Shown piece by piece: positions 1 to 8,831 of a stretch of DNA of 64,000 nucleotides. Within the stretch, counting starts at the first letter, position 1, and the number at the start of each line of letters is the position of its first letter. Source of the stretch: Nitrospirota bacterium (GTDB taxonomy: Bacteria; Nitrospirota; Thermodesulfovibrionia; Thermodesulfovibrionales; SM23-35); assembly GCA_040753615.1 (NCBI GenBank), contig JBFMDO010000075.1, positions 308 to 64,307 on the forward strand. The letters are read 5' to 3'. A model generated the notes under the pieces. The model saw nothing but the letters and a program-made list of their open reading frames with translations, ran no database searches and was not told the origin of the DNA. Both the position numbers and the translations under genes were made by a program.

Positions 1-1
1 A

Positions 2-88
2 AAGGAAGCAATTCAGGCATTTTCAAAATCCGCCGATGAACCTACCATCCGCCTTGCACTGAAAGTTATAAGGGCTCTCGCCAGATAA
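2..88 (+). CDS. 3' end of an ORF cut by the window edge (…KEAIQAFSKSADEPTIRLALKVIRALAR*); possibly a helical-repeat protein
   Basis: Frame 2 is open from the window edge to TAA at 86-88. Too short for a family call. Confidence 0.25.
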   Translation, partial: KEAIQAFSKSADEPTIRLALKVIRALAR

Positions 89-170
89 TATACTGAACTG
101 GCAAGGTGTGATTCTCGGAACTTTAATGTCTCAAAAGAAATTGAATCTGCAACAATTCAAAAGTGCAATA

Positions 171-198
171 GACCATAGTCCATAGTCCATAGTCCAAA
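171..198. repeat. Heptanucleotide tandem repeat GACCATA GTCCATA GTCCATA GTCCAAA
   Basis: Four consecutive 7-nt units read directly. Same GTCY-NNN periodicity as the arrays at 25131-25219 and 27221-27280. Confidence 0.8.
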
Positions 199-254
199 GG
201 GCAAAAGTTCGGGAGGCTGGAGGTTCGATCTATCTGAAATAGCGCAGAAAACCA

Positions 255-1406
255 TCAATCAAAAACCTTTGCCAGATCTTTTACGGGAAGTGTGAAAACA
301 TTTTTGCCTATCGGGTAAGATTCCATACCTGGATATACAATATAGCCTTTTCTACAGGACAGGTCTTCATATGCATTCCAGAATCCCCTTTCAAGCTTCG
401 GAGTCATAGAATATTTAATCTCAATTGCTATGGGTTTATGTTTACTGTCGAACAATATTAAATCTATTTCTGCGCCTGCGCCTGTTCTGTAAAAATAAGC
501 CTGACGCCTTTCGGGAAGAACTCCTATAATCTGTTCAACAATGAAGCCTTCCCATGAACTGCCCATAGATGGGTGGCTATACAGGTCATTGATAGTTTTT
601 ATGTTCAACAGTGCGTGCAGTAAGCCTGAATCTCGAATATAAACCTTCGGTGACTTTATGAGCCGCTTTTTAATGTTGGAATGATATGGCTGTGTCTGCC
701 TCACAATAAAGGTCTCCTCAAGAATGTCCAGATAGCTTCTCACAGTAGGCGCGGATATTCCAAGACTGCTTGCCATCTTGCTCGCATTCCATAACTGACC
801 GTGAGAGTGTGCAATCATTGTCCAGAATCTTCTTAGCTGCTGTGCAGGAATACGAATTCCAAGCTGAGGAATGTCCATTTCAAGGTAGGTTTTTATAAAG
901 GCTTCACGCCATATAAAACTTTCTTCATCGTTTTCAGATAAGTAACTATTAGGATATCCGCCCCGCAGCCAAAGCTTCTGAAGTTTCTTCCTGTCTATTT
1001 CCTGAAATATAAATGGAGATAGTTCATGATATATGATACGTCCTGCCAAACTCTCGGATGAATGCCGTATGAGTTCAGGAGAAGCAGATCCCAATATAAG
1101 AAATCTGCCTGCTATTCTCTTTCTGTCAATAAGTGCGCGTAATAAAGGGAATAATGATGGCATACGCTGGATCTCATCAATGATTACAAGCATGTTTGTA
1201 AACTGGCTGAGATATAACTCCGGCTCTTGCAGCTTATTCAGATCAGAAGGAAGTTCCAGATCAAGATAAACAACGTCTTTTTTTATTTTCTCTTTTATCA
1301 TTTTGGCGAGTGTTGTTTTTCCGGCCTGACGAGGTCCCAATATGCCTACAATAGGATATTTCATCAGGGATTGTTCGACCCTCTCCTGGAGCAACCTCTT
1401 TATCAT
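255..1406 (-). CDS. AAA+ ATPase, AAA_14/DUF4143-type orphan ATPase
   Basis: 383-aa ORF. Walker A GPRQAGKTT, Walker B-like LVIIDEIQ. The C-terminal half resembles the DUF4143 region typical of this family. Confidence 0.85.
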   Translation of the reverse strand: MIKRLLQERVEQSLMKYPIVGILGPRQAGKTTLAKMIKEKIKKDVVYLDLELPSDLNKLQEPELYLSQFTNMLVIIDEIQRMPSLFPLLRALIDRKRIAGRFLILGSASPELIRHSSESLAGRIIYHELSPFIFQEIDRKKLQKLWLRGGYPNSYLSENDEESFIWREAFIKTYLEMDIPQLGIRIPAQQLRRFWTMIAHSHGQLWNASKMASSLGISAPTVRSYLDILEETFIVRQTQPYHSNIKKRLIKSPKVYIRDSGLLHALLNIKTINDLYSHPSMGSSWEGFIVEQIIGVLPERRQAYFYRTGAGAEIDLILFDSKHKPIAIEIKYSMTPKLERGFWNAYEDLSCRKGYIVYPGMESYPIGKNVFTLPVKDLAKVFD

Positions 1407-1451
1407 TCTTGTATTTTAAAAGATTAGCTTTCAATTTGCAAGGTTACGAAC

Positions 1452-1504
1452 TGCCTCATCAAAAATCTATATAAAACTGAATTGTTGCCTCATTTAAAAA
1501 TCTA
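1452..1504. repeat. Two direct copies of tgcctcat(c/t)(a/t)aaaaatcta, spaced 34 nt start to start, upstream of the 255-1406 gene
   Basis: Copies at 1452-1469 and 1486-1504 read directly. Followed by further tgcct motifs and an imperfect hairpin at 1528-1560. Confidence 0.4.
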
Positions 1505-1634
1505 AATGAAAACACCTGCCTGAGCGTTGCCTGTCTGCCGTAACTCCGGCACGGACAGGCTCTCGGTCAGGGAGGTATGGCATGGGAAGGATAACGATGT
1601 TTATTTGCTGGTCCGATTGGCATTGTTAAAGCAG

Positions 1635-2756
1635 TTATTCGATATTTATCCATGCTCCTAAAACAGGGTCAGTCACCCTGTATTTATTCTCACTGTCTTT
1701 TTCAATTAAATCTTTTGAAAGAAGGGCATGCATTGCCCTCTGAGTACCGCCCAGTGACAGTCTGTGTAATTCCAAAAATTCTCTTGAATAAGGAGATGGT
1801 GTGGGAGTCTTTGCGATTGCTCTTAGCACTGATTTTTGTATCAGAGATAACCCGCTCCATATGCCTTCAAAGTCAGGCGTTTCTATTTCCAGCAAAGCAT
1901 TATATGCCTGCAATACCGTATTTGTGGTGCAACTTTTTGTGGTCATGTCCCAAACTATAGAAGCTAATTTCTGGACATAATAAGGATACCCTCTTACCGA
2001 ATCATATATATTTCCGGCTGCGATTTCAGGGCATGCCTTATTTGTTTTATTAAATTTATTTTCAATATACGGGATAAAATCTTGTTTTGGAATCTCTTTC
2101 AGCATATAATTATATGCGCTTTTATAAAATGGCCTATTCTTATCATTAAACATATCATGCAGTATGCGTCTCCTGCTTCCTATGTAAGAATAAGCAACCC
2201 CTTTTTGAGTCTGTATATGAGAGCGTAATATGCCTTCTATTTTTTTTGATTCCGGAAGTTCGGTAATCTCCTGAAACTCATCCAGAGCAACGCATATTTT
2301 TTGTTTTTTCTTTTCTGTATAGATATAGAGACCTTCCATAAGGTCATCAAGAAGCAAGTCAGTACTGGCAGTGTTGTCAATTTTTGCAGAGATATTGACA
2401 CCATCGGGCTTTACTTCTATATTCGGCACAATCCTCTTGAATATACTGCCGACTTTATCAATAAATGAACGGGGATCTGCCTTCCTGCCGATTCCCTTAA
2501 GAACAGCATTTGAAAACCGTGTAATGAAATGCTGTTCTGATGATATGGGGAATAGGTCAACATAAACAGTCATAAAATTATCTTTCTGAAGAATATCAAA
2601 GACCTGCTTTATCAAAGATGATTTTCCATATCTTCTGGGAGAAAAGAGGACAACATTATTGCTGTTTCTGGCATAAGCCAATAAGTCGGCCAATTCTTTT
2701 TTGCGGTTACAGAAATCTTCTCTTTGGGCAATTCTCAATGTAAAAGGGTTGCTCAC
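1635..2756 (-). CDS. P-loop ATPase, archaeal-type ATPase (Arch_ATPase/DUF234-like) family
   Basis: 373-aa ORF. P-loop SPRRYGKSSL, Walker B VALDEFQ. The C-terminal region is winged-helix-like. Confidence 0.8.
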   Translation of the reverse strand: MSNPFTLRIAQREDFCNRKKELADLLAYARNSNNVVLFSPRRYGKSSLIKQVFDILQKDNFMTVYVDLFPISSEQHFITRFSNAVLKGIGRKADPRSFIDKVGSIFKRIVPNIEVKPDGVNISAKIDNTASTDLLLDDLMEGLYIYTEKKKQKICVALDEFQEITELPESKKIEGILRSHIQTQKGVAYSYIGSRRRILHDMFNDKNRPFYKSAYNYMLKEIPKQDFIPYIENKFNKTNKACPEIAAGNIYDSVRGYPYYVQKLASIVWDMTTKSCTTNTVLQAYNALLEIETPDFEGIWSGLSLIQKSVLRAIAKTPTPSPYSREFLELHRLSLGGTQRAMHALLSKDLIEKDSENKYRVTDPVLGAWINIE

Positions 2757-2786
2757 AGTTGTTTAACCCCCTATGCAAAATCAATT

Positions 2787-2799
2787 ATGCAATTTGCAT
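2787..2799. promoter_or_regulatory. Palindrome ATGCAA-t-TTGCAT within a cluster of ATGCA motifs just upstream of the 1635-2756 gene; possible operator
   Basis: Perfect 6+1+6 palindrome read directly. Four ATGCA(A/T) copies lie in 2772-2812. Confidence 0.25.
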
Positions 2800-2974
2800 T
2801 ATGCATTAAGCATACAATAAAAAAATAATGATATCAAGTCAAGAAAAAAAGTTAATCGTAAATGGGCAGTTGAACGATTACATGCAGTTGGAATATCATA
2901 TAAAACTGCAATTCTCAGTAAGGCTTTTACATCGCTCTCAAATATTAAAAAAATTGAGTTTGGATTTATTCAGT

Positions 2975-3205
2975 CTAATCCAATATTTCAAGGACATAAC
3001 GCTTGTCGAGCTTAGTACCCGCAGCGCTCAGTATTGTTCTCATTGCTTGCGCTGTTTTTCCATGTTTTCCGACAACTTTCCCAATATCACTTGTAGCAAC
3101 ACGCAATTCAAAGAGAGCAGTTTTTTCTCCACCTACCTCGGTTACTGCAACATCCTCCGGTTTATCTACCAGAGATTTCGCCATTAGTTCAATAAGTGCC
3201 TTCAT
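2975..3205 (-). CDS. KH-domain RNA-binding protein (UPF0109/YlqC-like)
   Basis: Sequence MKALIELMAKSLVDKPEDV…IGKVVGKHGKTAQAMRTI contains the GxxG KH motif. The ATG at 3205 is preceded by GGAGGTG; the upstream in-frame ATG at 3223 lacks an SD. Confidence 0.85.
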   Translation of the reverse strand: MKALIELMAKSLVDKPEDVAVTEVGGEKTALFELRVATSDIGKVVGKHGKTAQAMRTILSAAGTKLDKRYVLEILD

Positions 3206-3477
3206 ATCCACCTCCATAAGCATTTGGGCTGTTTTTTACAGACCCAATCTTTTTAAGAGTTTGTACAATAATCTGTGGGGTTATCTAAAGGTTATGTATA
3301 AATGTTATGTGCGTTTCTTAATATCTTAGAGCCTTCATTCGTTTCTCTATTTTCAGAAGGTTACTCATATGATTTTCTTCGCTTTTTTTCTTTAAAAAGA
3401 CCTTGCTTTTGTAATCTACGCATAAGGACTTTCAATGCCCATTCGATATTGTTCTTATTGACTTTAATCTCCAAAAA

Positions 3478-3792
3478 CTATCTCCAACCTCCCCCTGCCC
3501 CAGCTCCACCATAGCCGCTACTTCTTTTATTAAAACCTTGCCGTTTCTGTTGAGGTCTCGCCTCAGCTACAGTAAGTGATTTCCCCTTGAAATCTTTCCC
3601 ATTAAGGGTTGCAATCGCCTTTTTAGCATCTTGTTCATCTACCATCTCAACAAAACCAAAGCCTCTGGACCGCTCTGTGAATTGCTCCTTTATTATTTTT
3701 AATGATTCGATCTCTCCATACTCTGAGAAGAGCTCTCTTAAATCTTGTTCAGTTGCATTAAATGCAATGTTTCCAACATACATTTTCTTCAT
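3478..3792 (-). CDS. RRM (RNP-1/RNP-2) RNA-binding protein with a glycine-rich tail
   Basis: RNP-2 MYVGNI, RNP-1 RGFGFVEM, C-terminal GYGGAGAGGG. SD AGGAGG upstream. Confidence 0.9.
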   Translation of the reverse strand: MKKMYVGNIAFNATEQDLRELFSEYGEIESLKIIKEQFTERSRGFGFVEMVDEQDAKKAIATLNGKDFKGKSLTVAEARPQQKRQGFNKRSSGYGGAGAGGGWR

Positions 3793-3881
3793 TGTCTACC
3801 TCCTGTTTTGTGATAAAACCTCTAATCCTTCAACTTTCTTAGATACTCTTGAATACTTAGTTCTAAATATTAGCCTCCTTA

Positions 3882-4124
3882 TCATTCTTTGTTTGTCTTC
3901 GCTTCTGGTTCTACACCACCGCAATATCGTTTTAAAAACTCTTCTTTGCTCATCTTATGTCCCAAACATAAACCAGAAACATCCATCCTCTCACATTCTA
4001 AAGTCTGATAATGTCCATTAAATCGTATTACTTCAGAATGAAACATCATGCTATTACGCTTTCCATTATTTATATAACGGACATGAGGCAGAATGATAGA
4101 CTTACCTATACAATATGCTTTCAT
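3882..4124 (-). CDS. Hypothetical small Cys-rich protein
   Basis: 80-aa ORF co-directional with its neighbours. No recognisable family. Confidence 0.35.
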   Translation of the reverse strand: MKAYCIGKSIILPHVRYINNGKRNSMMFHSEVIRFNGHYQTLECERMDVSGLCLGHKMSKEEFLKRYCGGVEPEAKTNKE

Positions 4125-4527
4125 GTTTTTTAATTTTGCACTCGCATGTACTTATAAAGTGGCATAACGTTCTTTCTCAAAGATAAGAGCAAAATAAACC
4201 GATTATTAATTGGGAGGTCGCTAAAAGATAAGATGTGCGAAATGAAATATCTTCTTCAGTGTCCCTATTCGTCTATTTTCCTCTTGTATTAAGCATAACA
4301 TATTATCTCAATCTTATATTTCTTTTTTCTTTGATAGACAGTACAATGTGTGATCTTTTTATATTATTTTAAGGATAATAACGACTTTAGCACAAAGCGC
4401 TAAGCAGAAGGTCATTCCTGAAACTACAACATTAGGAACGAATACCTTCAAAAACACATTGGGCGCTGACTCTGTGCATGAGAGATGCTTTTATCTCAAA
4501 TGTATCGCAAGATTAAAGGACAGCTAT

Positions 4528-4896
4528 TTACGTGTATTGTATAGCAACTTCATAAACAATATCCGAGTGGCTGGCGGAAGAATCTGTGCCTTTGCAGATC
4601 AGCGCTCCTTTTGCCTCCGCTTTGCGGTTTCTGATCATCGCGGTTATAACCTGGGTTAAATCAAACCCACCACCAACACAGTCTTGTCTTAAGCAGTTTA
4701 CTATAAAAAAAGCATAACTGTTAGGAGTGAATTTAAATGTCCGAAGTATCGATTTTGTCCCCCTCTGGTTATATGTCATGTTCATGACGATGCTTGCAAC
4801 CTCAGGGAAGTGTGTTGCTACAGAGCCCGCTTCATGTCTCTGCTGCATCATCTCCTGCTTCCTCTCCATCATTGCTGCATGCTTATTGTTATTCAT
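4528..4896 (-). CDS. Hypothetical protein
   Basis: The start is moved to the ATG at 4896 (MNNNKHAAMM…), which is preceded by GAGAGG. The longer ORF start at 4947 lies inside the hairpin at 4922-4948. Confidence 0.5.
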   Translation of the reverse strand: MNNNKHAAMMERKQEMMQQRHEAGSVATHFPEVASIVMNMTYNQRGTKSILRTFKFTPNSYAFFIVNCLRQDCVGGGFDLTQVITAMIRNRKAEAKGALICKGTDSSASHSDIVYEVAIQYT

Positions 4897-4921
4897 GTTC
4901 CTCTCATTCCTCTCAAAGGAG

Positions 4922-4948
4922 AATGCCCCCTCCTCCGGAGGGGGCATT
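4922..4948 (-). terminator. Perfect 12-bp G/C-run hairpin (AATGCCCCCTCC-tcc-GGAGGGGGCATT) 10 nt after the csp stop
   Basis: Stem read directly. On the minus strand it is followed by CUCCUUU, a weak U-tract. Confidence 0.45.
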
Positions 4949-4958
4949 GACCAATTAA

Positions 4959-5159
4959 TTAGAGTTTAACCACATTGATCGCCTTAGGACCTTTCGGGCC
5001 TTGTTCAGTATCAAAGCTGACATTGTCACCTTCGGCAAGGCTTTTAAAGCCATTGCCTTGGATAGATGTATGGTGGACAAAGACATCACTGTTGTCTTCA
5101 GCAGTAATGAAGCCAAAACCTTTGTTGTCGTTGAACCACTTCACAGTTCCTTGTGTCAT
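4959..5159 (-). CDS. Cold-shock protein (CspA family)
   Basis: [15 protein letters not shown] (RNP-1) and VFVHHT (RNP-2). 66 aa. SD AAGGAGG. Confidence 0.95.
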   Translation of the reverse strand: MTQGTVKWFNDNKGFGFITAEDNSDVFVHHTSIQGNGFKSLAEGDNVSFDTEQGPKGPKAINVVKL

Positions 5160-5202
5160 TTTGTTTACCTCCTTATCTATAAACTAAAATCTCAGAAGGA
5201 CT

Positions 5203-5243
5203 CAATAAAAAAGGCCCCAAAGACTAAAAGTCTTTGGGGCCTT
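5203..5243 (-). terminator. Intrinsic terminator-like hairpin (14-bp stem AAGGCCCCAAAGAC/GTCTTTGGGGCCTT, 5-nt loop) followed by a U-tract on the minus strand
   Basis: On the minus strand the stem is followed by UUUUUUAUU. It lies about 45 nt upstream of the csp ATG and about 300 nt downstream of the comM/yifB stop. Confidence 0.6.
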
Positions 5244-5549
5244 CTGTAAACGCAAAAACCTCTAAAATCTTGTTAATACAATATCATATCTTTGGGCACT
5301 TAGTCAAGGTAATTCAAGTATGACAGTAAATACTTAGAATTGGCTCATGCTTTCTTTGAAATCTTTCTTATATAATTCTCAAGTATTTCAATTCCCAATA
5401 ACTACCCTCAAAAGGAATCATCCTGAAATTATACCTCACCTTATGGAAAGGCTTAAAAATTACTTATCGGCTAAACCTGAGATGAATCACTATTAAAGGC
5501 AAGTTATTTTTAATAGAAGTTCATAGAATCAAAATTAAAGAAAACCTCA

Positions 5550-7082
5550 CTACATCCCTCGATCCAATGTCCTGTACTGTATCGCCTCTGAGACATGGTG
5601 GGACCGAATTTCTTCAGATGCTTCAAGGTCTGCAATGGTGCGGGATAATTTCAATATCCTTGTATATGCCCTTGCAGAAAGAGAGAGCTTGTGCATTGCG
5701 TTTTCGAGGAGAGATATCGCATCAGGATGGAGTTTACAGTATTTCTTTATATGCCTTGTTTTCATATGGCCATTTGAATATACCTTTTTCTCGTTGTTGA
5801 ACCTTTCAAGCTGAATATTCCGTGCAGTAACAACCCTTTCCCTTATGTCTTCTGACTTCTCACCTGAATATTCATTAGATAACTCTTTATACGGCACAGC
5901 AGGGACTTCTATGTGTATATCAATCCTGTCGAGAAGCGGTCCTGAAACCCTGTGTCTGTACCGATGTATCTGCCCTGATGTGCATGTACATTGATGCTTA
6001 GGATCTCCCCAGAACCCGCAGGGACAGGGGTTCATTGCAGCAACGAGCATAAAGCTTGCCGGATATGTAATGGATGCAACTGCTCTTGATACTGTAACCT
6101 CTCCATTTTCAAGAGGCTGTCTTAAAACCTCGAGTACATTCCTCTTAAACTCGGGCAATTCATCTAAGAAAAGCACTCCATTGTGTGCAATACTGACTTC
6201 TCCTGGTTTTGGTATCTGTCCGCCGCCAATTAATGCGATATCTGATATTGTATGATGCGGTGACCTGAAGGGTCTTGTTGCAAGCAAAGGTTGTCCTTCT
6301 TTGAGAAATCCTGCAACGCTATGCACCCTCGTTGTCTCTAATGCCTCATCAAATGTCATTCCCGGAAGTATTGTCGGCAGCCTTTTTGCGAGCATTGTCT
6401 TGCCCGAACCCGGCGGCCCGATCATCAGCACATTATGCCCGCCTGCTGCTGCAACCTCAAGTGCGCGCTTTGCATGTTCCTGTCCTTTAACATCAATAAA
6501 ATCATCTTCGTAAACAGAATTTCTCTCCATTGCCTTATGGATATCTATTTCAAATGGTTTTCTGAGACTGTTATCCCGCAGAAAATCAATGACTTCTGGA
6601 AGGCTTTTCATGCCAAATACAGATATCCCTGCAACAACCGCTGTTTCAGGTGCATTTTCCTCAGGAAGGATTATTCCTTTTAATCCAAGCTCTCTTGCCT
6701 TAAGAGCCATTGATAAACTACCCCTAATAGGTTTAATTTTTCCGTCGAGTGAAAGTTCACCGCTAAGGAAATAACTATTAGCTGAACTTAATTCAAGCAC
6801 GCCTTCGGCTGCAATAATTCCGATAGCAATCGGGAGATCAAAGGACGAGCCTTCTTTCTTCAGATCAGCAGGCGCGAGATTAACTGTAATCTGTTTAAGA
6901 GGAAATGCAAAACCGATATTCTTAAGCGCAGCCCTGACCCTGTCTTTTGATTCTTTAACAGCAGTGTCAGGGAGTCCTACCATTGAAAAATGGGGAAGTC
7001 CCCTTGAAGAAATATCCACCTCTACTTCTACAGGATAAGCATCAATGCCTATTATACTCGCACTGAGAACCTTCGAGAGCAT
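5550..7082 (-). CDS. YifB/ComM family Mg-chelatase-like ATPase
   Basis: N-terminal Lon-protease-like ChlI domain. Walker A GPPGSGKT, Walker B LFLDEL. C-terminal Mg_chelatase_C-like region. Confidence 0.9.
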   Translation of the reverse strand: MLSKVLSASIIGIDAYPVEVEVDISSRGLPHFSMVGLPDTAVKESKDRVRAALKNIGFAFPLKQITVNLAPADLKKEGSSFDLPIAIGIIAAEGVLELSSANSYFLSGELSLDGKIKPIRGSLSMALKARELGLKGIILPEENAPETAVVAGISVFGMKSLPEVIDFLRDNSLRKPFEIDIHKAMERNSVYEDDFIDVKGQEHAKRALEVAAAGGHNVLMIGPPGSGKTMLAKRLPTILPGMTFDEALETTRVHSVAGFLKEGQPLLATRPFRSPHHTISDIALIGGGQIPKPGEVSIAHNGVLFLDELPEFKRNVLEVLRQPLENGEVTVSRAVASITYPASFMLVAAMNPCPCGFWGDPKHQCTCTSGQIHRYRHRVSGPLLDRIDIHIEVPAVPYKELSNEYSGEKSEDIRERVVTARNIQLERFNNEKKVYSNGHMKTRHIKKYCKLHPDAISLLENAMHKLSLSARAYTRILKLSRTIADLEASEEIRSHHVSEAIQYRTLDRGM

Positions 7083-7190
7083 GGTAGATTATATTTATTA
7101 AGACAAAAGAATTGCAAGGCAGAAAGTAAGTTAAGCGAAGCTCGCTCTACAAAGATTGTCTATTAAGTTACGAATAGAGTATCATTAAAG

Positions 7191-8204
7191 ATGTTCGAAC
7201 CTTTTACAACAACAGGCATTGGAAGCCTTCCTCACACAAATCCAACTGAGGCATGTGGACTTGCGCTTAAAACATGCGATATCCCTTTCTGGCCTCAGCT
7301 TCCGAGACTATCATTTCGTGAATCAATGGTGCCTCAGTTTTCTGAAGGTATGCCATGCATAAAGATTGATGAGCATAGAGAAATAATATGGATAGAGAAA
7401 GACAAGGGGGATGACCTCGCAAGATTCTATGAAACCTATTCTGAAGACTTAAAAATCGCTGTTTCTGAAGACTATGCCAGAGGGTTTTATGCATTTATAG
7501 AGATGTTAGAAGGTAGAGATTTTAAATATCTCAAGGGACAGGTTACAGGCCCGCTCACCTTCACCCTCGGATTAAAGGATTCAGACGGAAGACCTGTATA
7601 TTTTGACGAAGAACTCCGTGAGATCTCCCTCATGGTTCTTAAGGCAAAGATTTTTTGGCAGATAAGGATATTAAAACGGTTTGCTGAACATATAATCATA
7701 TTTATAGATGAACCTATTTTATCCGCACTCGGCAGTACAAGTTACATCGGCGTAAATCCTGATGAGGCATTGAGACTATTAAGGGAAACGTCAGATGCTA
7801 TAAAACATGCCGGCGGTATTCCCGGCATTCATTGCTGCGGAAAGGCTGATTGGCAGATGGTAATTAATAGCAAGGTTGAGATTATTAACTTCGACGCATA
7901 CGAATATGTTGAAACAATCTCCCTTTATCCTGACGAATTTACTGCATTCCTGAAAAATGGTGGATATCTTGCGTGGGGTATTGTTCCTACAACAGATTCG
8001 ATTAAAGGAGAAAATACAGATTCGATAAAGAGACGATTTAAAAACGGGTTTGAAAGATTGTCAAAATCATTGTCTCCTGACCTTTTATTATCAAAAGTTC
8101 TCCTTACTCCTTCATGCGGAGCAGGCTCAAGGAGCATAGCAGAAACATTAAAGATTTTCAGTATCTTAGCAGAGTTAAAAAATTCCCTTAAAGGTATTCA
8201 CTAA
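7191..8204 (+). CDS. Cobalamin-independent methionine synthase (MetE C-terminal-like / URO-D-like) family protein
   Basis: N-terminal GIGSLPH. Candidate Zn ligands IHCCG and TPSCGAG lie in MetE-like positions. Function not established. Confidence 0.55.
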   Translation: MFEPFTTTGIGSLPHTNPTEACGLALKTCDIPFWPQLPRLSFRESMVPQFSEGMPCIKIDEHREIIWIEKDKGDDLARFYETYSEDLKIAVSEDYARGFYAFIEMLEGRDFKYLKGQVTGPLTFTLGLKDSDGRPVYFDEELREISLMVLKAKIFWQIRILKRFAEHIIIFIDEPILSALGSTSYIGVNPDEALRLLRETSDAIKHAGGIPGIHCCGKADWQMVINSKVEIINFDAYEYVETISLYPDEFTAFLKNGGYLAWGIVPTTDSIKGENTDSIKRRFKNGFERLSKSLSPDLLLSKVLLTPSCGAGSRSIAETLKIFSILAELKNSLKGIH

Positions 8205-8830
8205 TGAAAGGCATATTTATATCTTTCGAGGGAATTGAGGGCACAGGCAAGTCCACACAGGCAAGGTTTTTATATCAGCACCTAAAAGACAGCGGATACG
8301 AGGTTATTCTTACAGAAGAACCAGGCGGAACTCAAATTAGTCTTAAGATAAGGGAAATTCTTCTTTCTGCAGGAAATAAGAGCATGACACCTCTTACAGA
8401 ATTGCTTCTCTATAATGCCTCCCGCTCACAGCACATACACGAAGTTATTCTGCCTGCAATAAAAAAGGGGTGTATAGTCATAACAGACAGGTTTGTTGAT
8501 TCAACTATTGCGTATCAGGGTTATGGAAGAGGAATAGATTTAAACCTCATTTTTTCTATTGATAAAATAGTAACAGATAATCTGCGGACTGACATTACTA
8601 TACTTCTTGACCTTGATGCTGAGACAGGGCTGAAGAGGAATAAGGGCATCAATAAAACAGACAGGCTCGAACTTGAGGATATAGAGTTCCATAAAAGGGT
8701 GAGAAACGGTTATCTTGAGCTTGCAAAAAAGGAACCAGAAAGGATAAAGCTAATAGATGCTTCATGGACTATAGAACGGGTACAAAGTAAAATAGTTCAT
8801 ATAATTACAGATTTTCTTAAAGGCATTTAA
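8204..8830 (+). CDS. tmk: Thymidylate kinase
   Basis: P-loop FEGIEGTGKST, DRF motif TDRF. 208 aa. Confidence 0.95.
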   Translation: MKGIFISFEGIEGTGKSTQARFLYQHLKDSGYEVILTEEPGGTQISLKIREILLSAGNKSMTPLTELLLYNASRSQHIHEVILPAIKKGCIVITDRFVDSTIAYQGYGRGIDLNLIFSIDKIVTDNLRTDITILLDLDAETGLKRNKGINKTDRLELEDIEFHKRVRNGYLELAKKEPERIKLIDASWTIERVQSKIVHIITDFLKGI

Positions 8831-8831
8831 C

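Noticed and set aside
200-240. tRNA-like T-loop string ggaggttcgatc, possibly a tRNA 3' fragment or att site
   Set aside because: The flanking bases do not form a T-stem (GGAGG versus TATCT), and no acceptor or anticodon arms can be drawn. It is judged to be chance similarity.
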